Shown here piece by piece: positions 1 through 11,387 of a stretch of 64,000 nucleotides of DNA. The translations under genes were made by a program, and so were the position numbers. The DNA is from Piedraia hortae CBS 480.64. Lineage: Eukaryota. Every line of letters begins with the position of its first letter. Position 1 is the first letter of the stretch. The notes under the pieces are model-generated. The model was not told where the DNA came from and ran no database searches. It was given only the letters and a program-made list of their open reading frames with translations. The DNA is taken from positions 197,170 through 261,169 of the forward strand of contig MU005972.1 in NCBI GenBank assembly GCA_010093745.1, given 5' to 3'.

Positions 1-532
1 TATCAATGCTCGTGTCATTCGCGACCATACTAAGCGAAAGGTGTTTGAGCAGCAGGAGCCGGAGCGGTACATATAAGTAAATATCCCATTGAACGCATCT
101 GATTCGCAACAGTCAAGCCCTGCGCTATATCATACGCAACCTATCCCTTCCTGCGCGCACAAGAGCCCAGGCCCAGCTCCAGCTAGCGCAGATGCATAGC
201 TACACGCGATCGACCCAGATCAACAACAGATGTGCAGAAGGTGGCAAGGCGAGATGGGTTATTGGGGATTACAGGATAGCAAGGGTAAGTGTGCATCATT
301 ACGAAACTTGGGAGGGAAGGCTGAATGAGGCAGTATCCTTTCCGTTTAAAAGCACTTGCGGGTCAGCTGCCGGGGGTGCAAAAGGCGATGTGGTAACCAG
401 CGCCTTCTCAAAAGCTTGAACAAAAGCTTGGGCAAGGCAGTATGTAGTCACACGCACCTGTACATCACGCAAGATCAAAGCTCTCCATTTTCCAATGTTT
501 GCTTTCATGCCGTTTATGCACAGACCTTTGGC

Positions 533-537
533 ACGCA

Positions 538-588
<51 letters not shown>

Positions 589-599
589 ACAACACACAC
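533..599. repeat. (CA)n microsatellite with degenerate (CACG) flanks, just upstream of the Arb2-like ATG
   Basis: cacgcacgcacatacacacacac...cacgcacacgcacacaacacacac read directly. It explains the HTHTHT/CVCVCV ORF artefacts. Confidence 0.95.
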
Positions 600-631
600 T
601 CGAAATTTTCCAATCCAACTCACCCACAACA

Positions 632-1996
632 ATGGCTTTTAGGAGATTGTCCACAGACCTCCCCAAGGATCCCGTCTATCCCGCCGATCTTAAAGAGCTG
701 GGATTCAAGCAAACTGACGACGGTCATTTTGTGAACATTGAAACCGGCGAATACTTTGCTTATCGTCATACAAACAATGACCGCGCCAACGAAGTCCGCC
801 GGGAGGCCATGACTCAATGCATTCGTTCTGCTGTTTTTGAAGCCCTCAAGGAGTTTGACATCAAACCTCTCTACTGTCATGGAGATACGTATAGCGAAAC
901 GGCGGATGGACCAGCCGTACCCATCCTGACCACCTCCCGTCAGTCTTTGAAGGCGAAGCGGGAGGTTGTCATGCTTGTGGGAGAATATAACCACGATCTT
1001 GGCATCTTTGCCTACCGTTTGCTAATGAACGAAGGTGGAATGGAAGAAGGCTCGGTTATTGGTCTGTTAAAACAGCTACAGACGCTGGCCCGCCCCCCCG
1101 GTGTTATCATCTTCAACCCGGGCCAGCTGCTCTACAGTCACAAGGAGAAGCAGGCCATGTCACAGACCTCTTGGCTCGCTCGCAACAAGGAAAGTGCTTT
1201 GCATGAGCATTACCGCATTCACCCGGTGCACAACTACGTTACTGGACACACCACGCCCAATGAACATGTAGCTACTGTTTTAAAGTATGTTGTTCCGGAG
1301 ATCACGCACGAAGGTGCCAAACTTTACACCATCGCCATCAGTGACGGCTGCGAGAACATGCTAAAGGCCATCGATGTGCAGCTGGAAGAAGATAGCGACG
1401 CATGGATCGGAGGCGCCGTGGAGGCCTTTGCACTTATGCAGACTACTCATCGCCCGCACGAGATCAAGAACGCAGCCCTTCGCATGTTTCTCAACCTACG
1501 TGGACGCGGCTGGGTGACGGCTCTCGACGTTCCGCCTGGCAAACTCATCGCCCTGCCCGATGAGGAAGAAGTCCAAAATGCGGTTCGAGCCGTGGACGGT
1601 AAGGCTGGGTCGACCTCTCCCAGTAGGGATAAGCAGAAGCCTCGCATCGACCGTCGTGGAAGTGTCAGCGCCACTTCACCGCCTATCGCCATCCCAGGCA
1701 CGTCGGGAGCCGACGATGATGCCTCCACCGATGATGAGACAGTCAAACGCATCGCCGAGCAACGTGGTAAGGATAACGATCTTATCACTAAACACACGCG
1801 CGGCAGTTTGTTATACAGGCTACGAAAGATCAATATAGTGCCGTGCACGACACCCGAATTTGCCAAGAGCGAGTATGCAGAGGTGGGCGTAAACTGTCCG
1901 ACCATCAGCAGTGATGCCGATTTGATCGAGCTTGTCTTCCCCGCCGCCAGGGACGAAGTCATGAAGTTTTTCCGTGCTGTCAGGGATTCGGGCTAG
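632..1996 (+). CDS. Arb2-domain (FAM172A-like) protein, putative Argonaute siRNA chaperone complex subunit
   Basis: ATG at 632 in acaacaATGG context. The N-terminus FRRLSTDLPKDPVYPADLKELGF...YFAYRHTNNDRANEVRREAM and the segments DLGIFAYR and PGVIIFNPGQLLY resemble fungal Arb2-domain proteins. Confidence 0.7.
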   Translation: MAFRRLSTDLPKDPVYPADLKELGFKQTDDGHFVNIETGEYFAYRHTNNDRANEVRREAMTQCIRSAVFEALKEFDIKPLYCHGDTYSETADGPAVPILTTSRQSLKAKREVVMLVGEYNHDLGIFAYRLLMNEGGMEEGSVIGLLKQLQTLARPPGVIIFNPGQLLYSHKEKQAMSQTSWLARNKESALHEHYRIHPVHNYVTGHTTPNEHVATVLKYVVPEITHEGAKLYTIAISDGCENMLKAIDVQLEEDSDAWIGGAVEAFALMQTTHRPHEIKNAALRMFLNLRGRGWVTALDVPPGKLIALPDEEEVQNAVRAVDGKAGSTSPSRDKQKPRIDRRGSVSATSPPIAIPGTSGADDDASTDDETVKRIAEQRGKDNDLITKHTRGSLLYRLRKINIVPCTTPEFAKSEYAEVGVNCPTISSDADLIELVFPAARDEVMKFFRAVRDSG

Positions 1997-2130
1997 ATGA
2001 CTTCGGCAGATGCCGGGGATAGAGTAGCGTATGACATCTCGTAACTTACCATCCCTCTCGCCTGCTTATGTAATGCTTTGAAATGCTTCCATCAAGGTCG
2101 CCACCACCGTTTTACAGTCTTGTCTTGACA

Positions 2131-3261
2131 ATGTCGTCTCACCGTGTCCCCTCTGTGCTTAGAAATTCGAAGCGACTGGCTTCAACCGCTTCGGAGACTT
2201 CGCGTAGGACGACGACGTTTACTGACCGTCTCAATGCCGGCCCGTCGTTTGGCTACTTCGTCTCGGGCAAGACAAAGGAGAACTTCCTCAGCGCCAACGA
2301 TGCTTATGAGCTGCGCACAGTGCAGATTGGACCGGAAGGACGCAAGCGACCGCATACACGACTGCCCAGCTGGTTAAAGACTCCCATCCCACATAACGAG
2401 AATTATAAACGCATCAAGAACGATTTGCGCGGACTGAACCTCCACACTGTATGCGAAGAGGCGAGATGTCCCAACATCGGTGAATGCTGGGGCGGTAGTA
2501 GCAAGAGCGCGGCAACAGCAACCATCATGCTCATGGGCGATACCTGCACAAGAGGATGCAGATTTTGCAGCGTCAAAACAAGCAACAAACCCCTGCCGCT
2601 GGATCCACACGAGCCGGAGAACACGGCCGAGGCGCTGAAGCGGTGGGGACTTGGCTACGTTGTCCTCACGAGCGTGGATAGGGACGACCTCATTGATGGC
2701 GGAGCGCGCCACTTTGCTGAGACAATTATCAAAATCAAGACAAAGGCGCCGCAGATGCTCGTCGAAGCGCTTACGGGAGATTACGCTGGTGATTTGAACC
2801 AGGTCGCCCTTGTTGCCAAGAGCGGGCTAGATGTCTATGCACACAATGTCGAGACGGTAGAGGAGTTGACTCCTTATGTAAGAGATCGCAGAGCTGGTTT
2901 CCGCCAGTCTCTTGCCGTGCTCGACGCCGCCAAAAAGGCCAAACCTGGACTCATCACTAAGACAAGTATCATGCTCGGCCTGGGCGAGACGGAAGAGCAG
3001 GTTCTTGCGACGCTCAGAGAACTGCGAGCCATAGACGTGGATGTTGTCACGTTTGGGCAGTATATGAGGCCCACAAAGAGGCATATGAAGGTGGAAGAAT
3101 ATATCACGCCAGATGTCTTCGAGATGTGGAGACAGAAGGCGCTTGATATGGGCTTCTTGTACTGTGCATCTGGTCCACTGGTGCGCAGTTCGTACAAGGC
3201 CGGTGAGGCATTTATAGAGAATGTCCTTCGACAGAGGGAAAGGCAGACAAAGTTGGTGTGA
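2131..3261 (+). CDS. LIP5: Mitochondrial lipoyl synthase (radical SAM)
   Basis: [13 protein letters not shown] auxiliary cluster motif, CTRGCRFC radical-SAM motif and C-terminal GPLVRSSY; no introns needed. Confidence 0.97.
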   Translation: MSSHRVPSVLRNSKRLASTASETSRRTTTFTDRLNAGPSFGYFVSGKTKENFLSANDAYELRTVQIGPEGRKRPHTRLPSWLKTPIPHNENYKRIKNDLRGLNLHTVCEEARCPNIGECWGGSSKSAATATIMLMGDTCTRGCRFCSVKTSNKPLPLDPHEPENTAEALKRWGLGYVVLTSVDRDDLIDGGARHFAETIIKIKTKAPQMLVEALTGDYAGDLNQVALVAKSGLDVYAHNVETVEELTPYVRDRRAGFRQSLAVLDAAKKAKPGLITKTSIMLGLGETEEQVLATLRELRAIDVDVVTFGQYMRPTKRHMKVEEYITPDVFEMWRQKALDMGFLYCASGPLVRSSYKAGEAFIENVLRQRERQTKLV

Positions 3262-3327
3262 TTTTTTCTGACTGTATAGACGATGATATCGCCACGGTTA
3301 GACATGACTGATAAATGCATTTACCCG

Positions 3328-3808
3328 CTACGGTGGAACAGGCATGGGTGCCCCCGTTCCATCTGGTTGTGGCTGAACGCCCGCCTTTTGCGGAGGAGGC
3401 AGGAAAAGGGGCAAGTAGACAGCCCCGAGCGCCAGAATAGATGTCGCAATTGAGAAGATTCCGGGCATCGAGTCATCTTTCTTGGCAGGCTCCGCAAGCC
3501 AATTTTGCACTGCGAAGAGGACAGACGTCCAGCCTATGAGTCTGTACATATGTCAGATGTGAATCAAATCAACCCCTGCGAAACAAACTTGTTCCTGGTG
3601 AAAATCTGTGCAACTTGTCAGTCAACATGACGGTGCGGAGACTTTACATACGGCAACCATGGGCATAGAGGCGGAAATGGCGCTGGAGAAATCCTCTCCG
3701 CTTTTTTCACTGCGCTCCTGATAAGGAACGACTATGCCCATTAGCGAGTTAAGTACCGACTTCCGCACACCTACTTAGATCCTCTCGCCTCATATCTCTC
3801 TTTGCCAT
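3328..3808 (-). CDS. Asterix/PAT10 (WDR83OS/UPF0139-like) small ER membrane protein, 3 introns
   Basis: Manual splicing gives MAKRDMRREDL-(I)VPYQERSEKSGEDFSSAISASMPMVA-IFTRNK-LIGWTSVLFAVQNWLAE...LAVYLPLFLPPP-like product. The GT..AG introns carry CTAAT/CTGAC branch sites. Confidence 0.75.
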
Positions 3809-4223
3809 GTTGGTGACGTTCTTACCCTAACGGCGATCAGGGACATGCGAGCTTCCGTAGCCTGGCGGATCGGGCCGCCGCCTCGGATGGGAAACACGCA
3901 GAGCAATTTCCCGATTGGGATGCGTTGGGTGGGTGGGGAGGGGACTGAGGGTCAGCAACGAGAGATGGAGAGGAGACTCTGCGCCCCTGAGGCGCGGGAA
4001 CAAGTGAGATAGGATTTTTTTGGCAGCTATCAGTTGGGATCGCCGTATAAGATAATAGTTCAACAAAAACGAATGGCGATAATAAGCTTGTGGCGCCACC
4101 GCGCATGATGGCGAGGAATGATCCACCCGTCAATTCATGCTGCAACATCCTTTTGTGCGACGACTGCAACCTCGTTTCCCCCCCTCGGTCATGTAGCTTT
4201 CAAAATGTCGTTTTGTGTCTAGA

Positions 4224-7200
4224 ATGGACCAAGATTCGCCCTCCAACGGCCGTTTGGGATGGACTTCGCCTCAGGACTTTAGTGACTCGGACGAGTGCGA
4301 ACGGCCAGCCAAGAGGGCGAGGATCGAGGCCGGCTGCGAGGATGAAGACCCTCCGCTGCCCGGCTCTCCGCTGCCCAGTCCTCCGTCCAGCCCGGTGGAC
4401 CGCAAAAAGTGTCCCACAGATGCTGCTGAACCCCCGAAGAATCCGCCCAGGCTTCCCGGTGGCCGCGTAGCTGACGTGGTGCCGTGGAACGGAAGAGATG
4501 TCCAATATGCGCTCGACGAAACACTTGTCAAGTCCGGATGCTGCAACAAAGCGTCGTCTTCGAACCGTGTGGAAGCGGGCTCAGCCCGCCAGGCACTGTG
4601 GCCCAATCTGGCAGCCAAGAACGGCCTCGGTCTGCAGGTTCTGTCCAGCTTTTTTGTCCAGGTCTTGGATACCCGTCAGACGATGCGGCAGGTGACGAAG
4701 CCGCCCACGTTCAAGCTGCCGCCTCGCCTGACTGTCACCGACAGCAAGCGAGAGGCTTGGCTGCGCGACCTCGCCGATCCGGCCAAGCCTCTGCGTAGGC
4801 AGAGCCGCACCATCCCTCATGGCATCCGCGGCAGGGTCATGCTTGACCATTGTCTGAACAAGTGCATCCCCTTGACTCGTGCAGTCTGGATGATTCGGTG
4901 CGTGGGCGCGAATGAGCAGCGAGCCTTTCGTCGTAAAGGCGTTGCGTCCTCTGTTGCTGCCACGAGCGAGAGGAAGTGGTTAATCGAATGGACAACTCAA
5001 GTTGAACAATTTTTGGGCTCTTCCATTGGTGCCTGTAATCAGTCTGAGTGGAGGCAGCGGATGACCTATGTTATCAGTCTGGTTGGCCGACTCTACTCTG
5101 AAAGTCTTTTGGATCAGCCACATTTCCTGGACTGGACTATCAATTCCTTTGCAACCGCTGCTCTGGAAAGTCTCCCGATCTGGCTCACTTTGGCCCGCGC
5201 ATACTGGAAGGAGATTGTTGTTAGTATCAAGTCTGGCCGTCGACTGGCAAGAGGGATTATCAGTCACCTGCTCTCATTGAGCGCCCGTGATGCACTACGG
5301 CCCCTCAAATCTCGGCTGCTACAGCTGGTTGCCCTGCTGGCAGCCTCCTATCCGGCGTGTCTGGTTGTGCCTGATATGTGGCCTCGCTTTGAATATCTTG
5401 TCGTCGAGTCAGGCGCACCTGAGAGTGCAGTGCGGGAGATAATCAGACGCAATGAACAGCTCACCAATCGTATAGCGTACAATGCGTGTTGTCCCGCGTT
5501 GAAGCTCTACGCCGAGCTGGACTCTATCGGCCTGTCGGTGGATTACGTCCTTCTCGCCACTCATTGCCAAGAGCTTATGCCTCAGCATCTTATCCCTGCC
5601 CTGTTAGATTGGGTCTCCTCGACTTACCGTCACGGCTTGGCGCGGATATACATTGCTGCCCGTCTGATTCAACAACTCCAAAATTGCGGAGAGGATACTG
5701 ACGGCGCAATTCTGGATTATCTACGACGTCCACAGAAGGCAGTCGGATTTCAAGCCGAGCCGCTATACTTGATCATTATTGAGCTTATCCGACAGTCCGC
5801 GTTCTGTCCATCCCGCTACTTGCACTGGCTACTGGCCACGGCCGACCTCTGCCCCGAAAACACGTCAAAGCCTGCTGTAGGACTGCTTCTAGTCCTTCCT
5901 CCCACACTCATACCGTCACACGTTGCTAGCTTACGACAAATGCTGCTGAGGCGGCTGGGAGCGGCCGACCTGACTAGTCATCTCAAGGAGAAGCTTGAAC
6001 AAGTGGAACAGGCCATTCCCAGCGGCTGTCTCGCCTCTTTGGACTCTTCAGCTGATAAAGTGGCCATCAGTGAATACATACGCCAGCGGGATAACAAAGT
6101 CGATCTGGCAACATTTTGCAGCCTTCGTGGAGTTTTGGAGTCGGCATCTGATATATCTGGCTTGGCATTGATCATCGAGCAGGCTGTGCCCATTGCTGAT
6201 GCTGCTCTCCTAGCTACAATCACCGATACTGTTCTCTTGCATTCCGAAGTCCTGGCTGTCGTCGAACGTCTACCGCATATTGCCATATTTGAGCGATACA
6301 AAACTCTTCGAACCCAGCACCCTCCTGATCGGGTCTTGCTCAGCGCACTTTCCAGGCTATCAGCCCAGTTGGCTTTGGATGAAGATGTGAATCAGCAACT
6401 TGCTCGCGACCGCATAGCCTGTGATCAAGGCTCTCTCGCGGCATTCTCTCCTGCGAGCGACAACATGACTCTTGTGCACGGTAATGTTGATGAGGCCGAC
6501 ATTGAAATCATCTTGGCAAGCGGGAACAGCATGGATAACAAACTCCTGCAGCGAGTTTTTGACCTCGTGATGAACCGCAAAGATGCTCCTGAAAAGCTCA
6601 CGATGTGGCTGAACCAGCTTCGCGTTATTGGAGGGACGAACTTTCAGCTTATTGTCCAGAAATTTACCGCTTCTGCTTTGAGAGAACACAAGGCCCGCAG
6701 CCTAGTTCCACTTATCGCTGCAGAATGTCTCTCGCTGGGTTCAGTTCTAACCCTCGCTCAAACAAAAGCTGGAGCTCTGGAGGTCATATCACTAGTCTTC
6801 TCTCCCGACGCTGGCAGACTATCCAGGCCAGATGTATACCGCTTCCGAGTCATGCAGCGATTCTGCACGCAGCATCACGCAGTGGAACTCTGCCGCCTCA
6901 TTCCTCTCGCCTGCGAACTTGATCCGGGCCTCCTTGAAGTACCGAGCATACTGGCCCTCTTCTCTTCACAATGCCTCCACCGACCAGGCGCCGTCAGCAG
7001 CATAGCAGCTTCAGCACCTCCTTCTCCGGGCTTCATCTGTCTCTGTGAAGCCCTCCTCCCTTCCCTCGAAGACCTCCACCCTCTTTCCTTGCCGATCCTA
7101 GGGGCTCTGCTGGCACCATACGCACAAGCCAAGAACATATCCCTCCTACCTCTAATTCAATCATGTATCACTGGGGATAATCCTATCTGGCCACAACTCC

Positions 7201-7907
7201 TCGCAGCCGCACGTCTCTCCCCGTCCGCTGAAGCAGAACTCCACGAGTGGGCGAGAGGAAAACTCCTTGACGGGGAGGGCAAAGAGAAATTTCTGCAAGT
7301 CCTAGAGATCACCTTTAACAACGGCGTCCCTAGACTGCCTGAAAACATCCTCCTACTGTGGGAGAAACTTTCCGCCACCCCGCCTGGGGATCTGCAAAGT
7401 CTGGATACCTTGTTGAGCATGGCAAGTTTATATCTCATTCCTCGTCCGTCTGGAGAAGCCACACACGGGAGCGAAGCCGCACAAGAGGGTCAAGCTTCGC
7501 TTGAGATGGCATCCTCCCTCCTAGCAACCTTCTCTTCCCTCCTCGAAATTCCCCAAGTAAAACTCAAAAGACACCTCTACGAAAGGATCTACGATCTAGC
7601 GGGGGTAGTCGAGGATGCGGTTTGCGCATCTGGCCCGGGAACGGAGACAGGAGGGACGGGGGCATCTGGCCCCATCACCGCGACATTCACGGGGGCAGTT
7701 TCAGGAGCGGGCGGAGCAGCCACGCCAAATTCACATGACGCTTCTCACCTAATCCTCTACACGCCCAATTTACAAACAAAAGAACCCTACCATCCGCGAA
7801 CATGGGATTTAATCCCCCATGCTGCGCCCACAATGGCCGAAAACGATTCGGCTATCTCGCTCATCTGGCTGGATGCTAGATATGTTGGGGGGTTTAGTGG
7901 AGGGTAG
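4224..7907 (+). CDS. MED12: Mediator kinase-module subunit Med12
   Basis: Med12 domain FKLPPRLTVTDSKREAWLRDLADPAKPLRRQSRTIPHGIRG...IPLTRAVWMIRCVGANE and the fungal C-terminal PRTWDLI...ENDSAISL motif. The true start is uncertain. Confidence 0.93.
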   Translation: MDQDSPSNGRLGWTSPQDFSDSDECERPAKRARIEAGCEDEDPPLPGSPLPSPPSSPVDRKKCPTDAAEPPKNPPRLPGGRVADVVPWNGRDVQYALDETLVKSGCCNKASSSNRVEAGSARQALWPNLAAKNGLGLQVLSSFFVQVLDTRQTMRQVTKPPTFKLPPRLTVTDSKREAWLRDLADPAKPLRRQSRTIPHGIRGRVMLDHCLNKCIPLTRAVWMIRCVGANEQRAFRRKGVASSVAATSERKWLIEWTTQVEQFLGSSIGACNQSEWRQRMTYVISLVGRLYSESLLDQPHFLDWTINSFATAALESLPIWLTLARAYWKEIVVSIKSGRRLARGIISHLLSLSARDALRPLKSRLLQLVALLAASYPACLVVPDMWPRFEYLVVESGAPESAVREIIRRNEQLTNRIAYNACCPALKLYAELDSIGLSVDYVLLATHCQELMPQHLIPALLDWVSSTYRHGLARIYIAARLIQQLQNCGEDTDGAILDYLRRPQKAVGFQAEPLYLIIIELIRQSAFCPSRYLHWLLATADLCPENTSKPAVGLLLVLPPTLIPSHVASLRQMLLRRLGAADLTSHLKEKLEQVEQAIPSGCLASLDSSADKVAISEYIRQRDNKVDLATFCSLRGVLESASDISGLALIIEQAVPIADAALLATITDTVLLHSEVLAVVERLPHIAIFERYKTLRTQHPPDRVLLSALSRLSAQLALDEDVNQQLARDRIACDQGSLAAFSPASDNMTLVHGNVDEADIEIILASGNSMDNKLLQRVFDLVMNRKDAPEKLTMWLNQLRVIGGTNFQLIVQKFTASALREHKARSLVPLIAAECLSLGSVLTLAQTKAGALEVISLVFSPDAGRLSRPDVYRFRVMQRFCTQHHAVELCRLIPLACELDPGLLEVPSILALFSSQCLHRPGAVSSIAASAPPSPGFICLCEALLPSLEDLHPLSLPILGALLAPYAQAKNISLLPLIQSCITGDNPIWPQLLAAARLSPSAEAELHEWARGKLLDGEGKEKFLQVLEITFNNGVPRLPENILLLWEKLSATPPGDLQSLDTLLSMASLYLIPRPSGEATHGSEAAQEGQASLEMASSLLATFSSLLEIPQVKLKRHLYERIYDLAGVVEDAVCASGPGTETGGTGASGPITATFTGAVSGAGGAATPNSHDASHLILYTPNLQTKEPYHPRTWDLIPHAAPTMAENDSAISLIWLDARYVGGFSGG

Positions 7908-9859
7908 GGAGGTGGAGACGCCCCGCGAATTTTCAAATAGGTGGAAATTCACTCCAATCACGGGAACAGTAGCGGGTGGCAGCAGGCATGGCTGCAGTAA
8001 TGGGGATGATGACTAGCGAGGGAGCCCGCCTCATCCTCAGTACTCACAATTTGCATCCATCCCGGAGCATGGACCTTTATCCAATACATTGCGCCAACAA
8101 TGGCTGCAAACGAGTCAGCGATCTTGTGTGTTTGTTGGTTGCACGACAGGTGAGGGGTTGGTGGGGTGTAGAGGAAATGTTTCAGGGAGTTGCAAACACT
8201 TCGCGGTAGGCATACTTCGCATCTTATGGGGGATATGGTTATGATGGTATGAATTATCGTATTCTTTGTTGGGGGAGTATTTGTATGGATATGTGAGTTG
8301 GCTGGATAGATATTATGGTTAATATGTCTTATTTGAGTTGATGAAGGGCGATGAAGGGGATTATGGTTTGGGTTCTAGAACGACTAGGTGTTGTGTGAAC
8401 GTGTTGATTGAGGGAAATCCTGCAGTATCCCCGGATCATGCTACTAATCGGTGAAGATGCTTGAAGACTCGAGGTCTACTTGGGTAGGCTTTTCGGTGGA
8501 TTGGATGTTCTACGGATAAGATAGAAGTGTGAAGGGAATGAGCAAAAAAGCATATCCCTCCCGAGGTCTACACTTCCAGTCTCATTAGTACCACTGACAA
8601 GGTTGAAAATCGCAGAGGAGATAGAAAAAAGAACCCCCCAAACTCGGGCTATACTGGATAGACCGCTAGCAGTGCATCACTGCCTTGATAAAAACGCACA
8701 GAAACATGGGACATGAAAGCACCCGTTTTAGTAAATTGCCACAATCCTCAGTGCACTACTTCTCAGAACAGAGATACTCTCTTTCCATCTTCTAACTACC
8801 AACGTTAGAGACTGTAGGTACCCTACGAGGTTGATCCACAAGCCACAACGATGCTAGCCCGTTGTGTGAGTTTTCTTTTTTTCCCACTTGCTTTTTTTTC
8901 TGTTCTGTGGCGCTGCAAATACTTGGTATCTCACCCACTGTGTTGGATTATCAATTTAGTGGGTGTAAACTACACTATCGAGATACGTTTGCTTTTTACA
9001 CCTAGCATGGGAGCATAGGGAGGCTGTGGCGCACTTGACGATTAATCTGTGCCGCCCATGATATTGATCGTCCTCCCTCTTTTTTTGTCCTGCATTCAAA
9101 GACTGGATTGCTGCATTGTTTGTAGGCCTTTCATCAGTACGATGCGTGGAAATGGCAATATATCTATTCGTGGATGGGGGCTTCTTCTAGAAGTCACTTG
9201 GTAGTCGATTTGTACGTTGTTTCTGATTGCTTAGAGAATGATTAAATATTGGGTATACCAGTGGTTGTGGTGGCATCAGTTTCCCAGGTTTGCTTTGTTT
9301 ATTGGGACGGGTTTACGCCGTTGCGGGATCTTGGTACATGCAGCGGCTTGACAAAGGAACTGGCTATTTGTGTGCCTTTCTTCTCGGCCAGTTTCTCTCA
9401 ATACTTTATCACCTCTCGGACTATGTTCCACACTGTCTGACTGACAAGATCACGAATGTACTTTGGGTACACTGTGTCTTCATATCACCCGTGAGACTTG
9501 ATAGTCCATAGATATACCCTCGGAGGGATTCTAAACGCCGAACTTTCGCAGGCACGACCAACTGCATGCGCATACACAGATAGGCGTCACCCGCCGCACT
9601 TCACGGTTTGTCCCTTGAATGAGAGCTCTCGATTTTCGTCAAAGGCTGACATGCTAAGGCTCGAGCATTGTTCAATTGCCCACGACTGTTTCATTCCAGA
9701 GGAAATATGCCTTTGTATTCACTTGTTTCGCTTTTCTATTGTTTTCACACAATGCAATCGAGCCAGGTTATTCCTTTATCATGAATAGGCCCATGCAACA
9801 AGACCCATACCGCTGCAAAGGGATAGAAACAAACCATTCAACAAAGAGACAACAACTAA

Positions 9860-10918
9860 ATGCCTTTCCTACGACGTTCCGAAGCAGCCGGGGAGAAGGC
9901 AAACAAGACAATCCAAAGCTTCGGCTGCACTGGAGGCGGCCAAGCAGTCCTAGCACTTCACCGGCGCTTTGGAACATTTGTCGTGGTGAAGACTGTTCAC
10001 TACCGGCAAGAGAATACGAAACCCGATGAGATTAAATTACTGACAGAGAACATACAGCGTCATCCCAACATCATCTCATTCACGGACCATTTTACAAGCA
10101 GCTCAAGAAGCGAATTTAGCTGGAGCTTCGTATTGGAATGTTGCTCCGGCGGCGATCTACACCGGTGCATCAAGCACTGGCACAGGCTGCAGCGGGAGCA
10201 GGGTTGGCTGGTCCCAACCATATTTACCAAGCACTTTGTGGCGGATATGGCCACTGCCCTGGGCTATATACACCTGGGGATCAAAGACATCCACAAACCC
10301 GACCGGACCGAGACCAACCATCACCAGATCCTCCACAGGGATAAAGGGTCGCAGAACGTCTTCCCACGCTGGACAAGCCAGAACCACAACGGCATGCCCG
10401 ACATCGTCCTCGGCGACTTCGGCTTGGCATGTTTAGGAGCCGCAAGCCGCGGAGCATGCGGCACGCCTGGCTACAATCCCACAGAATGCCAGGCGGTATA
10501 TAATCTCCCGTCCGTACAGGCTGTGCGACGTCAGGTTCAAGCTTTGCGGTTGGACATGTACTGCTTCGGAGCCACGCTCTGGAGCATATGCACGACAGCA
10601 CAATTTAACAACTCAACTGAGCAATGTGACGCGGACCGGATTAATAGACATGTCGGCAGCTGGCCTGTTGCGAGGGACCCGGTTTTAATTTCCCTGTTAA
10701 CCAGGTGTTTTGACGATGAGCCCAGTGTGAGGCCGAATTCAAGAGAACTAGTCGACATTGGGGGACGATTCAAGCACAATCTTGCGATTGAGTCGCGCGG
10801 TTTGGTGTTCCCACCCGGAACGTTTCCTCGGGAGGTCACAGATGGCGTTCGCAGATTTAGTATCGGGAATAAAGTTCATCATCTCGGGTTGAAGTTTTTT
10901 CCATCCGCACACAGATAA
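9860..10918 (+). CDS. Divergent Ser/Thr protein kinase (lineage-specific; altered catalytic loop)
   Basis: VVVK (beta3 Lys), HPNII, VLECCSGGDL, HRDKGSQN, LGDFGLA, GTPGYNPTE, DMYCFG and RP motifs in an intact 352-aa ORF. Confidence 0.8.
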   Translation: MPFLRRSEAAGEKANKTIQSFGCTGGGQAVLALHRRFGTFVVVKTVHYRQENTKPDEIKLLTENIQRHPNIISFTDHFTSSSRSEFSWSFVLECCSGGDLHRCIKHWHRLQREQGWLVPTIFTKHFVADMATALGYIHLGIKDIHKPDRTETNHHQILHRDKGSQNVFPRWTSQNHNGMPDIVLGDFGLACLGAASRGACGTPGYNPTECQAVYNLPSVQAVRRQVQALRLDMYCFGATLWSICTTAQFNNSTEQCDADRINRHVGSWPVARDPVLISLLTRCFDDEPSVRPNSRELVDIGGRFKHNLAIESRGLVFPPGTFPREVTDGVRRFSIGNKVHHLGLKFFPSAHR

Positions 10919-11387
10919 AGTTTCCTCGCAGTGATTGTAGGAAGCGCTTTTGACGGCAATGGTAGGGGGAGTCGGTGGTACCAAAACTCGGCTGGACGCA
11001 TGGTAGCAACTCGCGTTTCTACCACCATGCATGGTGCGGTGTTTATCACTTTAGTGCTAATTCCTGAAAAATTAATACCCAACCTCCTTGGGGAAGCGAA
11101 TCCACACCGTAGCTAGGCTAGCATGACTCGCTAGCGCGAAAACCTTCCGATATATGATGAAAAATCTTTCCGGAATAATTTTTTCTTGTCCATTTTCTTA
11201 GCTCACTCTGATTCTTTTGGGGCTTAGATGACATCTGGAAACGCCCCCACATATTTTTCTTTTCGGACGCTCTACTAGCAACAAAGCCTACGAGCGTGGT
11301 GCTGAGAGAACGTCCCTCACCAGACTCGAGGAACAAAAGGGACGATTCTAGACCACAGCGACACCACCAACTAAAAAAATATACACC

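Noticed and set aside
299..734. ORFs with HTHTHT or CVCVCV repeats, and the 92-aa N-terminal extension of the 356..1996 ORF
   Set aside because: These are translations of the CA microsatellite. The well-contexted ATG at 632 matches the conserved protein start.
7910..9850. Two-kb ORF-poor interval after MED12 as a possible ncRNA or transposon
   Set aside because: I could not identify terminal repeats, snRNA/snoRNA hallmarks or coding remnants by eye. An Rfam or repeat search would be needed.
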